Source of the DNA: Arenicellales bacterium
GTDB taxonomy: Bacteria > Pseudomonadota > Gammaproteobacteria > Arenicellales > JAJDZL01
Assembly: GCA_965219265.1 (NCBI GenBank)
Contig: OZ244730.1
Location: 1,546,501-1,610,500 of the forward strand
Reading direction: 5' to 3'
Length of the DNA: 64,000 nt
Of the stretch, positions 57,028-64,000 are shown piece after piece (positions within the stretch are counted from its first letter, which is position 1; each line of letters opens with the position of its first letter). The notes beneath the pieces are model-generated. The model saw only the letters and a list, made by a program, of their open reading frames with translations. It searched no databases and was not told the origin of the DNA. The position numbers and the translations under genes were made by a program.

Positions 57028-58508
57028 TGCTCTCTCACCATCTCAGCGCACTGCAGATCGTAATTCCTCTGCTTGCCGCGCCACTTTGCGCAATCATCCA
57101 GCTGCAGCGCATTGCATGGGTGCTTGCACTACTGGTCGGTCTTGTTTGTGCAGGCAATTCAATTGCCATCCTGATGCAGGTAGAATCCACCGGCGAAATC
57201 ATTTATGCACTCGGAGGATGGGCAGCACCGTGGGGGATTGAGTACCGGATTGATAGCGCCAATGCTTTTGTTCTGCTCATCATCAGCATTATCTACCTGG
57301 CGGGAACGATCTACGCCCGAGACGGTGTTAAGTCTGAGGTCCCGGAAGAAAACAGAAGTTGGTTCTACACTGCGTGGATTCTGTGTTTCACGGGATTGTG
57401 CGGCATCACTATATCGGGTGATGTCTTTAATGTTTTCGTATTTTTGGAAATCTCCTCACTGTCTTCGTACATTCTGATCAGTTTCGGTACCGATAAACGC
57501 TGTCTTACGGCAGCTTTGCGTTACCTGATTGTGGGGACGATCGCTGCAACCTTTTACCTAATTGGTATAGGGTTGCTCTACGCGCTGACGGGCACACTGA
57601 ACATGGCCGACCTGGCTGAGCGGCTCCCTGAACTTCTGAATCGCAGAACCACATTGGTTGCATTCGGCTTTATCGTAATCGGACTTGGAATCAAAATGGC
57701 GCTTTTTCCGCTTCACAACTGGCTTCCGAATGCTTATACCTATGCGCCCAATGCAGTCACCGCATTCTTGGCAGGAACGGCAACCAAGGCAGCGGTGTAC
57801 GTATTTGCCCGATTGATGTTCACGGTTTTTCCTGTCGGATACTTTACCGATGCAACATCGGCCTATGCGATTATTCTAGGGATCGGAATACTTGGCGCTT
57901 TGGTTGCCTCAGCAATTGCCATTTTCCAGGACAATCTAAAAAGACTATTTGCTTGGTCCAGCATTGGGCAAATCGGATATATGGCAATTGGACTCGGACT
58001 TGCGACAACATCAGGAGTCGCTGCAACTTTCCTCCATCTGTTTAATCATGCACTCATGAAGACGGCTATCTTCATGGCAATCGGCGGACTCTGCTATGTC
58101 ACAGGCACAACGACCACCGCTTCGCTGCAAAACGCCGGGCGTCGGATGCCTTGGACCATGGCGGCCATTCTGATTGGCGGCCTCAGCTTGATCGGCGTGC
58201 CTTTCACAACTGGTTTTGTCAGCAAATGGTACCTTGTATCTGCCGCACTTGAACAACAATACTGGTGGCTTGCTGGCCTCATCCTGATCGGTTCGCTTGT
58301 CACTGCTGCTTATGTATGGAAAATTGTAGAACTCGGATATTTCCGAAAAGATCAGAGCATAGCCATTGAACGACAAGAAGCTCCACTCTCCTTACTAATT
58401 CCTACATGGATTCTGGTGCTGGCAAATATCTATTTTGGTGTAAACGTGCAACTTACCGGCTCGCAGGCAGTGCGTGCAGCTAATGCTTTACTCGGACTGC
58501 CATCATGA
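57027..58508 (+). CDS. mrpD: antiporter-like subunit 1 (MrpD/NuoN-M family)
   Basis: 493 aa, about 14 TM. ...FVFLEISSLSSYILI..., ...PLHNWLPNAYTYAP..., ...WSSIGQIGYM... (proton-conducting membrane transporter motifs). GTG start. Confidence 0.85.
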   Translation: MLSHHLSALQIVIPLLAAPLCAIIQLQRIAWVLALLVGLVCAGNSIAILMQVESTGEIIYALGGWAAPWGIEYRIDSANAFVLLIISIIYLAGTIYARDGVKSEVPEENRSWFYTAWILCFTGLCGITISGDVFNVFVFLEISSLSSYILISFGTDKRCLTAALRYLIVGTIAATFYLIGIGLLYALTGTLNMADLAERLPELLNRRTTLVAFGFIVIGLGIKMALFPLHNWLPNAYTYAPNAVTAFLAGTATKAAVYVFARLMFTVFPVGYFTDATSAYAIILGIGILGALVASAIAIFQDNLKRLFAWSSIGQIGYMAIGLGLATTSGVAATFLHLFNHALMKTAIFMAIGGLCYVTGTTTTASLQNAGRRMPWTMAAILIGGLSLIGVPFTTGFVSKWYLVSAALEQQYWWLAGLILIGSLVTAAYVWKIVELGYFRKDQSIAIERQEAPLSLLIPTWILVLANIYFGVNVQLTGSQAVRAANALLGLPS

Positions 58509-59974
58509 TCTCAGCGCAGCATGCCCTGATTCTCTCGATACTGGTACCGCTTGTGGCCACCATAGCAATCCGCCTGTTGGACCAAAAACCAAATTTACGA
58601 GAAACAGCAACCGTTACGGCTTCGATCATTACATTCTTTATGGTTTTGCTGGTTTACCAGCCTGTCGCGTCGGGATTGACGCCGGAACTAACGCTCATTG
58701 AGCCTTTTCCAGGCGTTTCAATCACTCTGCAAGCCGAACCGATTGGAACACTGTTTGCCCTCATGGCAAGTTTTCTGTGGATTGTTACCTCTATTTACTC
58801 AATTGGATATATGAGAGGCCATCACGAAAAGAACCAGACTCGCTTCTATATATTTTTTGCAATTGCGATTGCAAGCGCTTTGGGCGTTGCATTCGCCGCC
58901 AACGGCTTTACGCTATTCCTGTTTTACGAAATGTTGACGCTTTCAACGTTTCCCTTGGTTACGCATGCAGGAGACGACAAGGCTCGAAAAGCCGGGCGGA
59001 TTTATCTGTTCTTGCTTCTCGGAACGTCAGTTGGAATGTTTCTTTTTGCACTGATTTGGACATGGAAACTCACAGGAACACTGGACTTCAGGGCCGGAGG
59101 CATTTTCGACAACGGAACCAGTCATACGGTTCTGGGCATACTTCTTGCACTGTATATTTTTGGAATCGGCAAGGCTGCGCTCATGCCGTTTCACCGATGG
59201 CTGCCGTCAGCGATGGTGGCTCCGACTCCCGTCAGTGCATTGCTGCATGCCGTTGCTGTTGTCAAAGCCGGTGTTTTCTGCATATTAAAGATATCGGTGT
59301 ATATCTTTGGGCTTGATCTCATTCATCAACTGGCGACGCAACGTTTTCTTGCTTATGTCGCAGCTTTTACCATCATTGCGACTGCCATCATCGCTCTTCG
59401 CAAGGACAATCTCAAGGCGCGTCTCGCTTATTCGACGATCGGCCAGCTCTCCTACATTGTGCTCGGTGCACTGGTGGCAAACTCCTGGGGAGCGATCGGC
59501 GGAGGAATGCACATGCTAATGCACGGATTCGGAAAAATAACATTGTTCTTCGGTGCTGGCGCAATCCTGGTTGCGACACACAAAACTGAAATCAGCCAGA
59601 TGCGCGGAATCGGTCGCCGTATGCCTGTTACCATGACTGCATTTCTCATCGGCTGTATTGCAATTGTCGGAGCACCGCCAACTGGCGGGATGTGGAGCAA
59701 ATGGTACCTGTTACTGGGAACAGTATATGCCGAAGACTGGTTGCTTCTAATCGCACTGATCGTCGGATCGCTGCTCAGTGCCGCCTATCTGCTACCCATT
59801 GCAATTCGCGCTTTCTACTCGTCAAATAACGAAAGTGTAACGGTCAACGAAGCGCCGTTGACTATTCGAATTGCATTGATTATCTGCGCAGTTGGCTGCA
59901 TTGTTCTGTTTGTAGCACCGGACTTTGCGTTTAATCTCATGCAAATGGCTGTAGACACAGTTCCGTCCAAGTGA
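58505..59974 (+). CDS. mrpD: antiporter-like subunit 2 (MrpD/NuoM family)
   Basis: 489 aa. ...LFLFYEMLTLSTFPLV..., PFHRWLPSAMVAPTPVSALLHAVAVVKAGVF, YSTIGQLSYIV. Confidence 0.85.
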   Translation: MISAQHALILSILVPLVATIAIRLLDQKPNLRETATVTASIITFFMVLLVYQPVASGLTPELTLIEPFPGVSITLQAEPIGTLFALMASFLWIVTSIYSIGYMRGHHEKNQTRFYIFFAIAIASALGVAFAANGFTLFLFYEMLTLSTFPLVTHAGDDKARKAGRIYLFLLLGTSVGMFLFALIWTWKLTGTLDFRAGGIFDNGTSHTVLGILLALYIFGIGKAALMPFHRWLPSAMVAPTPVSALLHAVAVVKAGVFCILKISVYIFGLDLIHQLATQRFLAYVAAFTIIATAIIALRKDNLKARLAYSTIGQLSYIVLGALVANSWGAIGGGMHMLMHGFGKITLFFGAGAILVATHKTEISQMRGIGRRMPVTMTAFLIGCIAIVGAPPTGGMWSKWYLLLGTVYAEDWLLLIALIVGSLLSAAYLLPIAIRAFYSSNNESVTVNEAPLTIRIALIICAVGCIVLFVAPDFAFNLMQMAVDTVPSK

Positions 59975-60234
59975 CTATGAATTCAGAACACCATAAAGAG
60001 AATCAACTCCCACAGGCAACGGGCCTGCGACGGATACTGCGATGGTTTTACATTGCCTGCATCATATCAGCTGGTCTGGATTTTCTGATTCACCGGCATG
60101 TCACCCACCCATGGGAACATTGGATTTTCTTCTACTGTGTGTTTGGCTTTGTAGCATGCGTAATTCTTGTCGTAGTCGCAAAGTGGATGCGAAAACCTCT
60201 CATGCGTAGCGAAGACTACTATGATCGTAACTGA
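59971..60234 (+). CDS. small 2-TM membrane protein embedded in the antiporter cluster
   Basis: 87 aa with two hydrophobic segments. Overlaps both neighbours by 4 and 14 nt, indicating co-translation with the cluster. Confidence 0.55.
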   Translation: MTMNSEHHKENQLPQATGLRRILRWFYIACIISAGLDFLIHRHVTHPWEHWIFFYCVFGFVACVILVVVAKWMRKPLMRSEDYYDRN

Positions 60235-61921
60235 AATCCCTTCATTTGCTATCTTCTTCGTTGGAGCAATCGGTGCTCTGTTTCTGAGAAGACAATTGCT
60301 GGCTCTGTGGTGCATTGCCATACCTCTAGTTAGTGCGCTGCTGCTGATCTTCTCGAGTTCGGCAGATTCGCTGGTCGAAATTTCCATCACCGGACTGAAT
60401 CTTGTCATTCATCGGCCTGACCGACTCAGTCTGGTATTCGCTTACGTATTTCACATCGCCGCAGTTCTCGGTGGCATATTTGCCTGGCGACTCGGAAATC
60501 CTTTGTTCAAATCCGCCTCATTGGCGTATGCCGGTAGTGCAATCGGCGCTGTTTTCTGTGGCGACTTGATTACGCTGTTTCTGTTCTGGGAGTTAATGGC
60601 TTTCTCGTCCGCCTATCTGATTTTCTGCAGAGGGTCTGCCAAATCGACACAGGCGGGGATTCGTTACCTGATCATCCAAATCATCTCCGGTTTGATGCTT
60701 CTTGCCGGTTCCGTCATGCACTACGGTGAAACCGGCAGCCTGGAATTCACCCACATGGGCTTGTCCGGTATGGCCTCGCTATTGATCTTTCTCGCTTTTG
60801 GCATCAAGTGCGCATTCCCGCTGCTTCACAACTGGCTTACTGACGCCTATCCCGAATCCACACCCGAAGGAACAGTTTTCCTGAGTGCATTTACAACCAA
60901 AGTTGCGGTTTATGCTTTGGCAAGAGGATTTGCGGGCACGGAAATGTTGATCTATGTCGGTGCGATCATGACCTGCTTTCCGATCTTCTATGCAGTAATC
61001 GAAAATGACTTGAGGCGAGTTCTGACTTACAGCATGATCAACCAGATTGGGTTCATGGTATGCGGCATCGGCATCGGGACCGAGCTTGCGATCAATGGTG
61101 CAACAGCGCATGCGTTTAATGATGTCATATTCAAGGGACTATTGATGATGTCCATGGGAGCGGTTCTTTATCGCACCGGAAAAATGAACGGCTCGGATCT
61201 AGGCGGCTTGTACAAGTCCATGCCTAAGACTGCAGCTCTGTGTATAGTTGGCGCTGCATCCATATCGGCTTTTCCTTTGTTCAGCGGATTTGTCAGCAAG
61301 TCCATGGTAATGTCAGCGGCACTGGAGGAAGGCTACTGGATCATCTGGATTGCACTGCTGTTCGCATCAGCGGGTGTATTTCATCATGCAGGTATCAAGA
61401 TTCCTTTCTTTGCATTTTTCGCCCACGATTCGGGAATAAGGGTTAGAGAAGCGCCTGCAAGTATGCTGGTTGCAATGGGACTTGCTGCCGCGCTTTGCAT
61501 AGGGATTGGCTGTTTTCCGAGTGCATTGTATAGCCTGCTTCCTTTCGATACGGACTACAGTGCCTACGATAGTACGCATGTCCTCGCACAAATTCAACTG
61601 TTACTGTTTTCTGCCCTCGCTTTCGTGTGGCTCAAGTTGTCTGGAATTTACCCGCCCGAGTTGCGCAGTGTAAACATAGACGCGGAGTGGGTATATCGCA
61701 AAGGATTGCTTTCAGTTTATCGATGCACTGCTGTTGTAGTTGAATCGGTGATCCAGACGACTTATGGAAATTTGCTTGGAGTGATCAAACGAACGTTTCA
61801 TCTGATAAAGCTGACTGCCGGTGAATCTTCCAGAATGGCAAAGGAGTGGACAGTCGATATGATGGTTGTATCAGTCGTCGTGCTGTTCGCGATATTCCTG
61901 GTTTACTTATTTGGCACTTAA
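60221..61921 (+). CDS. antiporter-like subunit 3 (MrpA-N/NuoL-like or MrpD-like)
   Basis: 566 aa. ...LFLFWELMAFSSAYLI..., FPLHNWLTDAYPESTPEGTVFLSAFTTKVAVY, YSMINQIGFMV. Confidence 0.82.
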   Translation: MIVTEIPSFAIFFVGAIGALFLRRQLLALWCIAIPLVSALLLIFSSSADSLVEISITGLNLVIHRPDRLSLVFAYVFHIAAVLGGIFAWRLGNPLFKSASLAYAGSAIGAVFCGDLITLFLFWELMAFSSAYLIFCRGSAKSTQAGIRYLIIQIISGLMLLAGSVMHYGETGSLEFTHMGLSGMASLLIFLAFGIKCAFPLLHNWLTDAYPESTPEGTVFLSAFTTKVAVYALARGFAGTEMLIYVGAIMTCFPIFYAVIENDLRRVLTYSMINQIGFMVCGIGIGTELAINGATAHAFNDVIFKGLLMMSMGAVLYRTGKMNGSDLGGLYKSMPKTAALCIVGAASISAFPLFSGFVSKSMVMSAALEEGYWIIWIALLFASAGVFHHAGIKIPFFAFFAHDSGIRVREAPASMLVAMGLAAALCIGIGCFPSALYSLLPFDTDYSAYDSTHVLAQIQLLLFSALAFVWLKLSGIYPPELRSVNIDAEWVYRKGLLSVYRCTAVVVESVIQTTYGNLLGVIKRTFHLIKLTAGESSRMAKEWTVDMMVVSVVVLFAIFLVYLFGT

Positions 61922-61932
61922 GCGGTTTTGGA

Positions 61933-62314
61933 TTAACCGTAAAGCTGCTTCGCCAGCGCAATGCCCGTAATTACCGCCAGAATGGAAAGAATCGCCGAAC
62001 CCACAGCATAAGTCACTGCCTCTGAAACGCGACCTTGCTGGAACAATAGCCAGCCATCCAGCGAATAGGCGGAGAATGTAGTGAATCCACCTAAAAATCC
62101 AGTCATCAGCAAAGGGACGTGACGTCCTGTTTCACCATTCACCCCACCGAGAACGACAAACACAATTCCAACTAGAAGCGACCCAACAACATTAATAGTC
62201 AATGTTCCGTAGGAAAACCCGTTCCCAGCACTCGAGCAAATGCAACGCCTGCAAAGAAACAGCCCACTGCACCTAAAGCACCACCGATCGCGATCTGAAT
62301 GACAATCCAAAGCA
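61933..62314 (-). pseudogene. crcB: fluoride channel CrcB/FluC with an apparent 1-nt frameshift
   Basis: From the ATG at 62314: MLWIVIQIAIGGALGAVGCFFAGVAFARVLGTGFP, then a stop 3 codons later. Another frame continues YGTLTINVVGSLLVGIVF...GFLGGFTTFSAYS.... The two frames join as GFP|YGTLTINV at ~62209. Total length is not a multiple of 3. Confidence 0.7.
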
Positions 62315-62399
62315 TAAATTTTGTTTCCTGAAGACCGACTCAGTGACGAGTCAATGTTGTTCGCGTCCGAAAATCAGCCATCTCTATCGACAGTTAATT

Positions 62400-63128
62400 T
62401 TACTGAATTTCAGATTTTTCAATCTTCCTCCAAATACTGCCGCTCTCTGATTGCTGGTCAAGATAATCCAGCCAACGCTCGTGCAAATCAAGTTCCTCTT
62501 CAGTCGCCCGCAATACGACTACGTCGATTGGTTTGCTCAACCTGGTTTGACCAGCTTCACCGGTTGAGCCTGCACCATAACCCACAGAATCGTCAAACTC
62601 GAATGCCGTCTGTCCACCCGTCAGTGCGCGATAGACGTCTACCAGAATACTCGCATCTAGTAATGCACCATGAGTGGTCCTCTGAGATATATCAACGCCA
62701 TATTCGTTTGCAAGTGCATCAAGGCTGTTTCGACGACCTGGACGCATTTGCCTGGCTATTTCCAGCGTATCTTCTATGCTGCAAACGGATTCAATCTCAG
62801 AATATTCAGCCTCAGCCAGACTGAATTCATTGTTGAGAAATGCCAGGTCAAAGGAAGCGTTGTGAATTATCAGTGTCGCTCCCTTGATGAAATTGAAAAG
62901 TTCGAGAGCAATATCCCTGAATTTCGGTTTTGTCATCAAAAACTCGCTGTCAAGGCCATGAATTTGCAAGGCTTCTCGCTCGACTTCGCGCTCTGGATTG
63001 ACAAATTCGTGAAATTCCCTTCCCGTACGGGCTCGATCGTTTAACTCTATGCAAGCAACCTCAATGACTCGATGTCCTTCGCTGACATCCAAGCCTGTTG
63101 TTTCCGTATCAAGAACGACTTGTCTCAA
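62400..63128 (-). CDS. dnaQ: DNA polymerase III epsilon subunit (3'-5' proofreading exonuclease)
   Basis: 242 aa. Exo [11 protein letters not shown], Exo [15 protein letters not shown], Exo [18 protein letters not shown]. Confidence 0.93.
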   Translation of the reverse strand: MRQVVLDTETTGLDVSEGHRVIEVACIELNDRARTGREFHEFVNPEREVEREALQIHGLDSEFLMTKPKFRDIALELFNFIKGATLIIHNASFDLAFLNNEFSLAEAEYSEIESVCSIEDTLEIARQMRPGRRNSLDALANEYGVDISQRTTHGALLDASILVDVYRALTGGQTAFEFDDSVGYGAGSTGEAGQTRLSKPIDVVVLRATEEELDLHERWLDYLDQQSESGSIWRKIEKSEIQ

Positions 63129-63595
63129 TTACTACTACCCCGACTCGGTATTGCGTTTCGAGCCAATTCATCCGCTCGTTCGTTCCACTCATCACCACTG
63201 TGCCCTCTTATCCACATCCATGTCACCTGGTGTTGAGAATTCAATCGATCCAGCTCCTGCCATAAATCTACATTTTTAACAGGATCTTTCTTTTTGCGCT
63301 TCCAGTTGTTGCGTTTCCACTGGCTTATCCATACTGAAATGCCGTCTTTCACGTAGCTTGAATCCGTATAAAGAGTCACTGCACTGCTTTTCTTGAGTGC
63401 CTGCAAAGCTTTTATTGCCCCAGTCAATTCCATTCTATTGTTGGTCGTGCGAGCGTCGCCTCCTGATATTTCATGCCTGTGTCCATTCCAAAGCAACACC
63501 GCACCCCAGCCTCCAGGACCCGGATTTCCAGAACAGGCCCCATCGGTATAAATTATCAACTGTTTCGGAGGTGTGTCTATATTCGATTCAGTCAA
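63125..63595 (-). CDS. rnhA: ribonuclease HI
   Basis: 156 aa. [58 protein letters not shown]. 4-nt overlap with dnaQ. Confidence 0.93.
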   Translation of the reverse strand: MTESNIDTPPKQLIIYTDGACSGNPGPGGWGAVLLWNGHRHEISGGDARTTNNRMELTGAIKALQALKKSSAVTLYTDSSYVKDGISVWISQWKRNNWKRKKKDPVKNVDLWQELDRLNSQHQVTWMWIRGHSGDEWNERADELARNAIPSRGSSN

Positions 63596-63596
63596 T

Positions 63597-64000
63597 TCAA
63601 TTTTCCAGTTTCAAGCTTCTGCGGTGCCCACCGACAGGTTGCAGCACCCTTCTTCGCTTTCGAAATGTGCGCTCCATCAAAGTGCCGTTCATGCTATTAC
63701 CCAAAATTTTCTTGCGCGCAATCAAAATATATACAGACCCAAATCCAGGCCACCAGCGGGACCCCGCGAGCTCCATTTTTTGTAATCGCCGAAGATGACG
63801 TGCCTGCAGTGCCGGAGGTCGAAAAAACTCAAACTCCCCCGCCACAGGCTCAAATCCCAATAACGACAACCAGTCACGTATTCGAATTACTGAATAGAAC
63901 CGAGTGCCTTGAAGCATCGCACCCGTCAGTCCCGTTACTTTATTTGCCATTCCCAACATGCTTCGAGGATTAAACCCGGCAATCACTAGAATTCCTTCTG
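63597..64000 (-). CDS. class I SAM-dependent methyltransferase (YafS-like), C-terminal part; gene continues beyond the window end
   Basis: ...[17 protein letters not shown]...[23 protein letters not shown]...[10 protein letters not shown]. The frame stays open to position 64000. Confidence 0.6.
   Translation of the reverse strand, partial: EGILVIAGFNPRSMLGMANKVTGLTGAMLQGTRFYSVIRIRDWLSLLGFEPVAGEFEFFRPPALQARHLRRLQKMELAGSRWWPGFGSVYILIARKKILGNSMNGTLMERTFRKRRRVLQPVGGHRRSLKLEN

Noticed and set aside
62315-62399. Possible fluoride riboswitch in the 85-nt gap upstream of crcB (contains GAGATGGCTGAT).
   Set aside because: The conserved crcB-motif core (paired GG.GAUGG...CC helix, AAACCGCC-type segment, CUGAUGAUGCCU-type 3' strand) cannot be assembled from this sequence. 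crcB also appears to sit directly downstream of dnaQ in the same orientation.
1-64000. CRISPR arrays, tRNA, rRNA or tmRNA genes.
   Set aside because: No regularly spaced short direct repeats and no cloverleaf- or rRNA-like segments were noticed on visual reading. The only repeats found are the dispersed IS-related ones reported above. A tRNAscan or Rfam run would be needed for certainty.

Overview
This looks like a chromosomal segment of a Gram-negative, probably marine, proteobacterium. Genes are tightly packed and no classical transcription factor is visible. All calls come from reading the sequence and ORF track by eye, with no database search. From the start: a truncated RND pump gene, then one long minus-strand string (polar-amino-acid ABC importer, soxBDAG heterotetrameric sarcosine oxidase, a PhnZ-like HD protein). 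Next comes an AT-rich islet with a secreted orphan protein and a decayed gene. An IS graveyard at 12.4-18.1 kb holds two copies of a truncated IS1380-like element, an intact 1.5 kb rve-transposase IS with a 5-bp target duplication, and IS4/5- and IS21-like fragments. It separates the permease genes of a PotABCD-type importer from the binding-protein and ATPase genes. From 20 to 47 kb lies an island rich in amide and amine catabolism: a Rieske oxygenase, aminotransferase, split TPP decarboxylase, ALDH, DUF1116 protein, two amidases, an AstE-type deacylase, a dimethylformamidase-like protein, M24 and M19 hydrolases, TauD, a GMC oxidoreductase and an ATPase-less ABC importer. Two toxin-antitoxin cassettes sit inside it, one decaying. 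The strongest novelty candidate is an AT-rich islet at 48.5-50.7 kb. It carries a tightly coupled three-gene operon: an MqsR-like toxin, a MqsA-like Zn-ribbon/HTH antitoxin, and a ParA/MinD-like ATPase with a KGGVGR P-loop and an unknown C-terminal domain. Paired palindromic operators lie upstream. The window ends with a SABATH-type methyltransferase, a 10-gene Mrp/Mbx-like antiporter cluster in E-F-G-first order with three antiporter-like subunits, a frameshifted crcB, dnaQ, rnhA and a partial methyltransferase. No rRNA, tRNA or CRISPR array was recognised.
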